A stretch of 64,000 bases of DNA from NCBI GenBank assembly GCA_963662545.2, contig CAXXLL010000003.1, positions 704,001 to 768,000 of the forward strand, written 5' to 3'. Below the pieces are notes generated by a model. That model had not been told where the DNA came from and searched no databases. It was given only the letters and a program-made list of their open reading frames with translations. The stretch is from Gammaproteobacteria bacterium (lineage in GTDB: Bacteria > Pseudomonadota > Gammaproteobacteria > Ga0077536). Numbering within the stretch: position 1 is the stretch's first letter; every line of letters begins with the position of its first letter. This document shows, one piece after another, positions 30,171 through 39,009 of the stretch. A program made the position numbers and the translations under genes.

Positions 30171-32417
30171 TCAAAGCGATGCCTCTGCGGTCTCGCAATG
30201 GGAATTGCCTTGCGCAGAAGTAAACTCATCGGTGAAATTCGCCGGCAGGTATTCGCTGTGCTGGTCCAGTTCCGCGAGCAGCGGGCAGGCCTGTTCGGGG
30301 CGGGTGGAATCAGCCCTGATGCGAACCCGGCTCAGCATCCCTTCCCACCAGACAGGCATGGTCGGAACCGCCTTGTTGGTGATAACCCCCCATGCGCGGT
30401 CGGCTTCGAACGGTTGCTCTGAAGCTTCCGAGGCGTTGGCCAGCAATTTCCAGGCGTCACCTGAGGTTGGATGCTGCTTGGCGAAATCGAGTGCTTCGGC
30501 GTAGGCTTCCTGGGCGTCACCTTGCTCGAGCAAGGATTCTACCAACATCACGCTAAAGCGCCGGTCCATGTCAGGCAGGTCTTCGACCTGCGGCCGAATG
30601 ATACGGACCAAGGCCAGGCGTTCAGCATTGTCTTTACGATTCGATATCCAGGGATAGAGGTACTCGAGCTGCCAACTGGGGATCCCCTGGGCACCCAGGC
30701 CGCGAACGTACTCCAGCGCGCGGCTTGAATCACCTAGGCGATCGAAAAGTTTCAAGCGGGACCAGACCAGGGCGCGGCGAACGTCGAGGCTTAGATTTCC
30801 CTTGTCCTCGATACGGCGCAATTGCTCGAGGACTTTCTCGGGCTCTTCACCGACCAGGGCGCGCATCTCGATCAACACAGCAAAGTTGAATTGATCTTTT
30901 TTGTCTGCCTTGGGCAGCCTGGTCCACGCCTGGATGCCCTGCTTGGCCGGTCCGATCGCGTAGGCGTCCTTGCCGCGGCTGATCTTGCGGCTGAATTCGT
31001 TCGCGATCACCTGAAACGCAGTGCGCTCAACATCACCTTTCAATTTAGACGGTGAGCGAACCTGCCCCAGTGCTTTGAGCGCGGTCGTTGCATTCGACGC
31101 CGTCTGAGCCATCAACAAGCGCGCCGAATCCGCGCCGGCGTCGTCGGGACTTTTTCGGATGAAACGCTGCGCAGCCGTGCGCAGGGCTTTGCGATTGGGT
31201 GCTGAACTGGCGGCTTGTTCGCGCGTCGCGTAAACCGCATAGAGGAGCTTGGCTGCGGCCTTGTCGAGCTCGGGTACGAGGTTCGGCCGCCGGATCAGCT
31301 TCTCCAGGATGTCGATCGCAGGCTGGTATATCTTGTTCCGGTATGCCACGAGCGCCCAGCGGTATCGATAGTTCGATAGGTCGAGGCCTTGGGGTGGATT
31401 AACGGTACTGAAAAACTTCTGGTACTTCATCATCGCGTCGTGCCAGTGCTCGAACTCTAAAGCGAACTCGGCACCGGCGAGGTCGGTGTACGGGCCGACA
31501 TTCACACCCGCCAATTCCTGCCTGAAATGCATCATGTCGGAAAGCAATTGCTGGTCGATACGGCCCGCCGCGATGATCGTCTTCAGCCGGTCCGCCGCCT
31601 CCAGCGCCCGGCCGCCGGTCTTGCGGCTCTGCTGCAGCAGCGCGAGGGCCTCGGCCTTCAGGATGGCGATTTCGTTATCGTCCACGACGGCGCCGCGGCG
31701 CGTCTTCTTGACCTTGCCTTGCCGCGCCGCGAGCAGCCGTAATTCGAGATTGACCGCCTGTCGGATAGGGTGATCAGCTTCTTCGTCAAGGGCTTGCTCG
31801 AGGTTTTCGAAAATTGCCGACGCCCGGTCGTAACGGCCTCTTTCCAATTCCACGTAGCCGAGGCCAAGCCAGCCGCCAAAGACCAGCCCGGGCCGGAAGA
31901 GCTGCATGGAGGCCGCGCGAAATCCTTTCCGCGCGGGCAGCAGATCCTTGGCGAGTTCAGCTTTGTCGGGATTGAGGCGCGCGAGTTCGAGGTCGATCCA
32001 CGCGCGCCAATACGGGAAGGCAGCCAATGAAAAACTCAAGTCGTCCCAAACCTGGGACCGGTAGAGACGTTCCAGCGCCGCTTCTTTCTCGCCGGCGGCG
32101 GCTTCGGTCTGGCTCAATTTACGCTCGGTCGCGCTGCGCATTTTACTGCATAGTCGGCGCATCTCGCGTAACTGGTCCGGCGTCACTTCGGCTTGGCGAA
32201 GTTCGTCGACGATGGGACCTAGTTCGTTGGCGACGACCACGAACTCCTCGTGGGATGGCAGGGCTTCCAGACGGGACAGCAGCGCCTTCGTCTTGGCGAT
32301 CGAATCGGTGCCGATATCGGCAAACACCGGGGTGAACCCGATTAACAGCGCCGCGAACAGGGCGGTTCGCACCAGATGGACGAGGCGCGATCGCAGAGGG
32401 CATGCAAACGCGGGCAC
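30171..32417 (-). CDS. Large secreted alpha-helical (TPR-like) protein
   Basis: GTG start overlaps the upstream stop (TAGTG); signal peptide ending PVFA; helical repeat patterns such as WLGLGYVELERGRYDRA and YRWALVAYRNKIYQPAIDILEK. Confidence 0.65.
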   Translation of the reverse strand: MPAFACPLRSRLVHLVRTALFAALLIGFTPVFADIGTDSIAKTKALLSRLEALPSHEEFVVVANELGPIVDELRQAEVTPDQLREMRRLCSKMRSATERKLSQTEAAAGEKEAALERLYRSQVWDDLSFSLAAFPYWRAWIDLELARLNPDKAELAKDLLPARKGFRAASMQLFRPGLVFGGWLGLGYVELERGRYDRASAIFENLEQALDEEADHPIRQAVNLELRLLAARQGKVKKTRRGAVVDDNEIAILKAEALALLQQSRKTGGRALEAADRLKTIIAAGRIDQQLLSDMMHFRQELAGVNVGPYTDLAGAEFALEFEHWHDAMMKYQKFFSTVNPPQGLDLSNYRYRWALVAYRNKIYQPAIDILEKLIRRPNLVPELDKAAAKLLYAVYATREQAASSAPNRKALRTAAQRFIRKSPDDAGADSARLLMAQTASNATTALKALGQVRSPSKLKGDVERTAFQVIANEFSRKISRGKDAYAIGPAKQGIQAWTRLPKADKKDQFNFAVLIEMRALVGEEPEKVLEQLRRIEDKGNLSLDVRRALVWSRLKLFDRLGDSSRALEYVRGLGAQGIPSWQLEYLYPWISNRKDNAERLALVRIIRPQVEDLPDMDRRFSVMLVESLLEQGDAQEAYAEALDFAKQHPTSGDAWKLLANASEASEQPFEADRAWGVITNKAVPTMPVWWEGMLSRVRIRADSTRPEQACPLLAELDQHSEYLPANFTDEFTSAQGNSHCETAEASL

Positions 32418-33538
32418 TATAGGATATCCAGCAGCGCCTGCATTTCGTTGGCGAACCGGTCGCCCATGATGAGGGTGATGAGCCGCTTGGTGAGCTTTAT
32501 CTCGCCGTCCAGCGTCGCGGCGTCCCCCATGCCGGCTTCGCCAATGACGAGGAAAGAATGCATGGGCGCGGCCCGGTACAGGGCCCGGCTGACCTTGCGC
32601 CCGACCTTGGCCTCGAGCAGATGGGGATTGGCCTGGTCGCTGACGTCGAGCGTTGACACCGTTCCGCCCAAGCGCCGGAAGCGCTCGACAATCCTGACCA
32701 CCGTTTTCAACTGACTCTCTTTCATCGGCGCATCGCCGATGACGATGATGATCTTGCGGGCGCCCAGCCGCCATCCTGAAAGTTCCACGGCGTCCTTCAA
32801 GCCCGCGTCGATCGCCTCGAACCAGTCGCCGCCGCCTTTCGCTTCGAGCGAATTCAAAAACCGGTGCAGTTTTCCGGTGCTGTAGGTCAAGGGTTGAACG
32901 CGGGTCAGGAATTCCGGATCGTCGCGATCGCGGTAAGCCACGAACCCGAAGCGCGCGATCGGGACCAGTGAGCGCACGATCTGCGCGATATCCGCGATTC
33001 GATCCTTGACCTCGTCGAGTACCCAGCCCATGGAACCGGTGGCGTCGACCGCGAATACGACGTCGAGACCCGCTGCCCTCAGGCCGGCGATGTAGGCAGC
33101 AAAACGCGCCGTACCGTCGCCGAGACCGTTGCCGATGCCGGTCTTGAAGCCGCCGAAACCACTGCCCTGACTCAAGGGCATAGTGGCCAGTCCCGAGGCC
33201 ACTTCGATCCCCTGAAAACCGCCGGACTGGGCTTTCAGGGCAAGGGTGACATCCGGCGGCGGCGGTGCAACGGCTTTCGGCGCGATCAGTATTTCGGGCG
33301 GGTCGAGTTCCAGGTCCTCCTCGAATTCGAGCTGATCTTCGGGCGGCGGCGGTTTTTCGATCAGGGGTTCAGGAGGCGCGTCGATGACGATTTGCGCTTC
33401 TTCGTCCGGGATCGGCAGTGGCGCCAGCGGTTCAATTTGTCGGCCGACCTGCCACGACACGATGGCATGAATAACGCTCGAGAACATCAGCAGCGTCAGC
33501 CACAGGCCCATGCGCTTCGGTGATGCCAAATGGAGCAT
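32417..33538 (-). CDS. TonB-like membrane-anchored protein with C-terminal VWA domain
   Basis: N-terminal TM with SxxxH (SSVIH), Pro/Glu-rich spacer, Gly-rich linker, VWA with DVVFAVDATGSM (MIDAS), GFVAYRD, IIVIGDAP; ATG 33538. Confidence 0.8.
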   Translation of the reverse strand: MLHLASPKRMGLWLTLLMFSSVIHAIVSWQVGRQIEPLAPLPIPDEEAQIVIDAPPEPLIEKPPPPEDQLEFEEDLELDPPEILIAPKAVAPPPPDVTLALKAQSGGFQGIEVASGLATMPLSQGSGFGGFKTGIGNGLGDGTARFAAYIAGLRAAGLDVVFAVDATGSMGWVLDEVKDRIADIAQIVRSLVPIARFGFVAYRDRDDPEFLTRVQPLTYSTGKLHRFLNSLEAKGGGDWFEAIDAGLKDAVELSGWRLGARKIIIVIGDAPMKESQLKTVVRIVERFRRLGGTVSTLDVSDQANPHLLEAKVGRKVSRALYRAAPMHSFLVIGEAGMGDAATLDGEIKLTKRLITLIMGDRFANEMQALLDIL

Positions 33539-33543
33539 AGGTT

Positions 33544-33981
33544 TTACTCCGCGTCCAGCCTGCGTTGCGTGACGAGGACGAACTGCAGGACCCCAGCCTC
33601 CGACGAGGTTTTCATGATCTCGGACAGGGTTAGTGCGTTCACTTTCAAGTCCGCATGTATCTTGAGGCGCTCGTGACCGGTGACCTTGGACAGCTCGACC
33701 TTGAGTTGGTCCCACGTCACCGGCCGGTTTTCGAACCGCATGGAACCATCTTCTTTGACACTGACCGTCGGAATATGTTTCGCGGGCTCGGCGTCGTTGG
33801 TCGAAAACGGGGGCGTGACGTCATAGTCCGGCTGCAGGTTACCGGCGATCATGAAATACAGCAGCAACAGAAAAATGATGTTGATCATCGGAATGACGTT
33901 TTCCTGCTGCGTCGCACGGTTCCCCACCGCGCGATTGCGGAGCTCCTGGTAATCCGATGATTTTCTGTTGCGTCGCGTCAT
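33544..33981 (-). CDS. exbD: ExbD/TolR family protein (Asn in place of TM Asp)
   Basis: NVIPMINIIFLLLLYFMIA TM, IHADLKV periplasmic motif. Confidence 0.82.
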   Translation of the reverse strand: MTRRNRKSSDYQELRNRAVGNRATQQENVIPMINIIFLLLLYFMIAGNLQPDYDVTPPFSTNDAEPAKHIPTVSVKEDGSMRFENRPVTWDQLKVELSKVTGHERLKIHADLKVNALTLSEIMKTSSEAGVLQFVLVTQRRLDAE

Positions 33982-33998
33982 GGTGGTCCCCACCTCGC

Positions 33999-34397
33999 CT
34001 ACTCGAAACGCCTCGCCGCCGACAGCGAGATATTCATGATGTCGTATTGATTGAAGAGATCCATGACCTCGACTGCGTCCTGCAGTATGACGTCCTTATC
34101 GACGGCGAGCAGTACCCGGGTCTTTTCCACCTCTACAATGCGCGAGGCGTAAGCCCGCAGCTCGTCCATGCTACTGGCCCCGCCGTTCAACCAAATCGAA
34201 CCATCGGCGTGCATTTCGACGCCGATCAACGCGAGATCGGTCGACGCATTATTGCTGCCGGCCGAATGCGAAAACTCGATCGCGCGCGGTCGCAGAAAAT
34301 TGGTCTGCAGCATGAAAAATATAAGCAGAATAAACACCACGTCGACCAGCGGGGTGAGCGACATCTGTCCCGAGCGCCGATGGCGCCGCATGGGCAT
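33999..34397 (-). CDS. exbD: ExbD/TolR family protein
   Basis: SLTPLVDVVFILLIFFML, LAVDKDV. Confidence 0.88.
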   Translation of the reverse strand: MPMRRHRRSGQMSLTPLVDVVFILLIFFMLQTNFLRPRAIEFSHSAGSNNASTDLALIGVEMHADGSIWLNGGASSMDELRAYASRIVEVEKTRVLLAVDKDVILQDAVEVMDLFNQYDIMNISLSAARRFE

Positions 34398-34423
34398 AAT
34401 CGCCTGGCGGGAGGCCTCCAAGC

Positions 34424-35083
34424 TCAGCCGTCCTCGCCCAGGGTGAGTACGCGCGTGATCAAATCGGTCACCTCATCGGCGAGAAACTCGAGCCGCGATT
34501 CGAGCAGAGCGTGCATCACGGCAAACGGGATCGCGATCGACAGCCCCACGGCCGTGGTCAGCAGCGCCTCCCAGATGCCGCCCGCGAGCGCTGAAGACTC
34601 GCCCGACGCGCCGGCGCTGACGGCGAGACCCTTGAAGGCATCGATCATGCCGAGGACGGTGCCCAGCAGTCCTAGTACGGGCGCGAGGTAGTAGATCAAT
34701 TCGAGCGGCCGCAAGTTACGCGAATAGCCGCGCAGAAAGGCCGCCGCCCGGCGCAGCAGTTCGTCGTGCAGGATGTCGGGGTCGTGTTCCGACCTCTTCT
34801 CAAGGCCGAAGCGGATGTCCGCGGCGATGGACAGCCGCGATCCGTCGAGCATCTTGAGCGCCTTGGTGTGATCGCCTTGCTGCCAGAGATCGATCGCTTT
34901 ATCCATGCGGTTCATTGCCGCGCGCCCGACACCGGAGAACTGGATGAACTTGATGAGCGCCAATGCGAGCCCCAGCACGGATGCCGCCAGCAGGATGCCG
35001 ACGACCGGGCCGCCGAGCTCGAGCAGAGTCGCGGCGCCGGACAGAATCTCAGTGATCAGGCCCTGGTTTTCTGAAGCTTCCAT
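34424..35083 (-). CDS. exbB: MotA/TolQ/ExbB proton channel
   Basis: APVLGLLGTVLGMIDAF, LAGGIWEALLTTAVGL. Confidence 0.92.
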   Translation of the reverse strand: MEASENQGLITEILSGAATLLELGGPVVGILLAASVLGLALALIKFIQFSGVGRAAMNRMDKAIDLWQQGDHTKALKMLDGSRLSIAADIRFGLEKRSEHDPDILHDELLRRAAAFLRGYSRNLRPLELIYYLAPVLGLLGTVLGMIDAFKGLAVSAGASGESSALAGGIWEALLTTAVGLSIAIPFAVMHALLESRLEFLADEVTDLITRVLTLGEDG

Positions 35084-35234
35084 ACGGGTTTATTTCAGCC
35101 TTTTTTTTCGCGCGTCTAGCATACCGGATCCGTCAGCCCGACGACGCGTATGATTAACTTTTTAACGATCGTGTCGGCGTGCGAAACAAACCAGCCGATC
35201 GACCGGTGTGCTTCTCAATCCCATGGTAGGTCCG

Positions 35235-35264
35235 AAAAAAAGAGCCGGCGCAAGGCCGGCTCTT
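35235..35264 (-). terminator. Rho-independent terminator after DUF1302 gene
   Basis: 10-bp stem aagagccggc/gccggctctt followed by a U tract on the minus strand. Confidence 0.85.
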
Positions 35265-35289
35265 GAAGCTGGATTACTGGGGTATCGAT

Positions 35290-37644
35290 CTAGAAGTAAT
35301 AAGTCATGCGAAGGAAGATTTCGTCCGCAAAATCGATCGTCTCCATGATATCGTCGTTTTCGTCACCGCCGTCCTGGACGAGGTTGGCGTAGAGATCCCA
35401 CTGCCAGTTGGCGGCCGGCCGGTAACGGAAACCGGGTTGTATGAAGTAGCCACCCTCGACGTCGATCAGTACGGCGAAGTCAAAACGCCAGATCAGGTTC
35501 GGGAACGGCTGCTGGAAAGCGAACACGACGTAATCGGCATTGTCGCTACCCTTCGGCTTTGCCGCGTCCTCAATGAACGCCGCCGGCGTGAAATCACCCG
35601 TCACCGGATCGATGAACGTATCGAAATCCACGCTCTCCGTACCGCTCAGGTGACGCCCGAAGAGGTCGGACTCGGTGCGGTGCATCCACTGGAAAACCAT
35701 GTACATCGAGGGAAAAGCCGCCGTCCAACGTTGGTATTTCTCGAAGATGAGCGCCGATACGACTTCGGTCTTCTCGATGAACTTGAAGCTAAGCCCCAAG
35801 TCCGTGAACTTCTTGTTCGGCGTGACCGACACTTCACCGCGGATCAGGAGTTGATCGAAGATCGAATTCGGATCCGTGTTGACGAGGTAGTTCGCGCCGA
35901 CCGCGAGGACGTGTTCACGCTTGAATTCGCGTGTGACCCAGGCGCGGAAAGCACCGAAGGAACTGTGGAAGCCTTCGACCGTGCGCAGGGCGTCGACGAC
36001 GTTGCGTTCCTGGCCGAAACCGAATATTTCGCGGGTGGCCCATTGGTCTGCCGGCCATTCGTCAACTACAACGCGGAGCGCCTTCATCGGGTCGAGGCGG
36101 CCGCGATTGACGAGATGAAAAAACTCGGTCGAGTTCGCCGCGATCGGATCGGGCGACAGCGGCGTACCACAATACCCAGTCGCCGTTCCAGGAGCATGGT
36201 CCGGCATATTCGGTATCGCGCCACCGAAAAGAGTGCTCACATCAGCTTTGCCGTTGGGCAAAACCCCCAATCCGGCAAATAATCCACTACCCCCCGCGGT
36301 TTTGTCCGCAAGACCCTTGAGGATGTTATTCGTGTCGTTAAAGGCACCCAGGCAGAAGCGGTTTTCGGTACCCGCGTGAACGCTTGGGGCTTCGGCATAG
36401 CGCGCCACACCGTCCGGGTTGCGGCGGTTGGTGTACATGAATAGGGCCGTGAAGTAATCGGTTAACGGCATCGTCAAACGGAAGCCAAAATTGATCGCGC
36501 CCCGGGCATCGTTGAACTCGTCGCGCTCGTTCAGGGTGACGCCGGCACCGATGACGCTGTAGGGCGAGTTAATCGCTGGCAGGATAGTCGGCGACCACAT
36601 CTGTGCAAATGCATCCAGTTCCCATTCGTTCTTGAACGTGTAGCTCAAGCGGATAGCGGGCGAAGCAACACGCTGGTCCGAGTATTCTTCGGCACCGGGA
36701 CCGAGGGTCAAGTGACGGCGCAGGTCGAGGCCGTTGGCGACGTCCATGACGCGGAAGAAATAGGCCTCGCCCCAGGCGATGGTCTGGTTACCGACGCGGA
36801 TCCACAGGGGCCCCTTGTTGTAGTCGATATAGGCGGCCGGGATGTCGACGATGAAGTTCGGCGAATTCCATTCCGCGAGCTGACCGCTGGTACCCCAGTA
36901 GGGGTTTCCATAGTGATCGGAGATCTGACCGTCGGTGAAACTCGACGAGCCGTCGAAGTAGGTACGGATCTTCATGTAGCCCGCCCAGTTCTTGTTGAAA
37001 CGGGCCTGGATGTCGACTTCGAGGCGGGAGTTGAAGGTATTGAAGTTGATGTCGTCGTTGAGCCCTTCGCCCTGCACGCTGCGGCCTACCCCAACTGCGG
37101 CGGCGCCCACGGCGCCATTGTTACCGGGCACAAAGAACGAACCAGCACCGGTCAAGGTACCACCAGCGCCGAGTCCGCCGGAGGGACACAACACGCCACG
37201 GAATCCTGGGATATTCGTCGAACCAAAGACGCCTGAGAGTCCTCCCGATCCCGCATTGATCGCATTCTGACTGCCGAACCGGCAGTTGACAGGCGAATTG
37301 GTGTTGGCTCCCGCCTTGATAAAAGCTGCGCCCGCGTTAAATACGCCACCTTGGAAACCACTAGTCGCGTTTATAAACGACGTGGTATCCGCGTCCGCAT
37401 TCGCACCCGTGCCATACGCGGCATGCGTGTAATTCGGTACGATCCGGTTGTTGAACGTTGATCCCATCGAGTTCAACTCATTGTTGTTCGCCGCGATGCT
37501 GTAAGCAATTTCCTCGCGGAAAAAACCCGTAATATTCCAGTCGATGGCCGACACGGCGCCTGCAAACAGGACGCTGGAGGCCACACCCCCAGTCATGAGA
37601 ATGCGTGCGATTGCGTGCTTGATCACTCCCGCTCTCCTCTTCAA
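35290..37644 (-). CDS. DUF1302-like outer-membrane beta-barrel protein
   Basis: Signal peptide; RVGNQTIAWGE, DVANGLDLRR; alternating beta-strand pattern; C-terminal MTYYF. Confidence 0.8.
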   Translation of the reverse strand: MKRRAGVIKHAIARILMTGGVASSVLFAGAVSAIDWNITGFFREEIAYSIAANNNELNSMGSTFNNRIVPNYTHAAYGTGANADADTTSFINATSGFQGGVFNAGAAFIKAGANTNSPVNCRFGSQNAINAGSGGLSGVFGSTNIPGFRGVLCPSGGLGAGGTLTGAGSFFVPGNNGAVGAAAVGVGRSVQGEGLNDDINFNTFNSRLEVDIQARFNKNWAGYMKIRTYFDGSSSFTDGQISDHYGNPYWGTSGQLAEWNSPNFIVDIPAAYIDYNKGPLWIRVGNQTIAWGEAYFFRVMDVANGLDLRRHLTLGPGAEEYSDQRVASPAIRLSYTFKNEWELDAFAQMWSPTILPAINSPYSVIGAGVTLNERDEFNDARGAINFGFRLTMPLTDYFTALFMYTNRRNPDGVARYAEAPSVHAGTENRFCLGAFNDTNNILKGLADKTAGGSGLFAGLGVLPNGKADVSTLFGGAIPNMPDHAPGTATGYCGTPLSPDPIAANSTEFFHLVNRGRLDPMKALRVVVDEWPADQWATREIFGFGQERNVVDALRTVEGFHSSFGAFRAWVTREFKREHVLAVGANYLVNTDPNSIFDQLLIRGEVSVTPNKKFTDLGLSFKFIEKTEVVSALIFEKYQRWTAAFPSMYMVFQWMHRTESDLFGRHLSGTESVDFDTFIDPVTGDFTPAAFIEDAAKPKGSDNADYVVFAFQQPFPNLIWRFDFAVLIDVEGGYFIQPGFRYRPAANWQWDLYANLVQDGGDENDDIMETIDFADEIFLRMTYYF

Positions 37645-37953
37645 AATGCAATTGATCTTCTCTAGAACCCCAGTAGTACTCGGACGACAATCATATTGTT
37701 GTTTGTCTGGTACACAATAGGCCGTACCACCGGCATCCCGGCGATGGGCTTATTAGCGCCCATTCAGGCAGGAATGTCAACGGTTCCAAGCGGTCTCAGT
37801 GGGCTGTGCGCAGCGCGTAAAGACGGCCGATTGTTGTATCGTCGCAACGTTTTTAACGACGAGGGCGGCACCTCCCGTCTTTGAGTACTGCCGCGGCACC
37901 AGGACGGACCGCCACAGGGGCACGGAAACTGCTGAAATCCTCGGGATCGCGGG

Positions 37954-38979
37954 CTATTTGAGGACGCGGGCGATGGTGCCCTGATGTCCCACGATGTAGA
38001 TGATCTGCTGGCGCAGGAAGCCCTTGTTGCCGGCCTTGGATTCGGTCACACCCGCATCGACGGCCTGAAACCACGTGCGGATGATTTTGTGATCTCCGGT
38101 GGCCGTGAAGCTCGCGCCGTCGTCGCTGCTGCGGAGCAGGGTACGGATCCCGCTCGCCACCACTTCACTGTTGCCCGCCCAGACACCGAGCAGGTTCGTC
38201 TTGACGCCGACGTCCAGGCGCTCCCAGGTCAAGCCGTCATCGGAGGTTTTCAGCATCAGCCCTTCCTGGCCGACCGCGTAGCCGGTATGGCTGCCGTCGT
38301 TGGCAAGGCGCATGGCGAATACGGACTCGTCGCCCCTGTCCACGTCACGCCAGGTGTCGCCGTCGTCCTCGGAGCGCAGGATGAGACCGAATTCGCCCGC
38401 GACCATCAAGGTGCCGTCGTCGGTCACGATCGCGTCGTAGAGGTGCGGCTCGTAGCCTTCGTCGTTGTACTCCATCCAGTCGATCGTGAGCGGCTCCCAG
38501 GTTTCACCGTGGTCGCGCGAGCGCGCGAGGAACCCGAACTCGCCGACCACGAGGGCGAAACCCGATGGGTTCATGGCGACGTTCAGTAGGCGCACCTCGA
38601 TACCGCTATCGATCTCACGCCACTCCTCGCCCTCGGCCCGCACCATGACGATCCCCTTCTGCCCGACGATTATCTGGCGGTTGCCGGCATGCGTAATGCC
38701 GAGCAAAGCCAAGGTCGTCTTCGGCGGCAGCACGGCCCAGTTCAAGCCGCCGTCGGTGGTTTCCAGCATGAGTCCGAAATTACCGACCGCCATGCCCCAT
38801 TCACCGGTCATTTCGAGCCCGAACAAGGCGTCGTGGGGAATGCCGCTGCGAATGACTTCGATGCCTGCTTCGGGGCCGTTCGCTTCCTGCGCGTGCGCGG
38901 AAAAAACGGTCGCCGCGAGGACGAAGAGCAGCGCCGCTTGTCTGCCGAACAAGCGGCCGAGGGTCACTATTTCTTTCAT
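37954..38979 (-). CDS. YCF48-like/BNR-repeat beta-propeller protein
   Basis: Repeated AVG..G.....T.DGG..W Asp-box motifs; signal peptide. Confidence 0.87.
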   Translation of the reverse strand: MKEIVTLGRLFGRQAALLFVLAATVFSAHAQEANGPEAGIEVIRSGIPHDALFGLEMTGEWGMAVGNFGLMLETTDGGLNWAVLPPKTTLALLGITHAGNRQIIVGQKGIVMVRAEGEEWREIDSGIEVRLLNVAMNPSGFALVVGEFGFLARSRDHGETWEPLTIDWMEYNDEGYEPHLYDAIVTDDGTLMVAGEFGLILRSEDDGDTWRDVDRGDESVFAMRLANDGSHTGYAVGQEGLMLKTSDDGLTWERLDVGVKTNLLGVWAGNSEVVASGIRTLLRSSDDGASFTATGDHKIIRTWFQAVDAGVTESKAGNKGFLRQQIIYIVGHQGTIARVLK

Positions 38980-39009
38980 TTTATTTGAATCCGAATGGCT
39001 GGAGATCTT

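Noticed and set aside
32418-32774. N-terminal extension of the 867-aa ORF
   Set aside because: Overlaps the VWA gene in another frame; the coupled GTG at 32417 is followed by a signal peptide.
35263-36282. 339-aa plus-strand ORF
   Set aside because: Antisense shadow of the DUF1302 gene, with no motif; expected in high-GC coding DNA.
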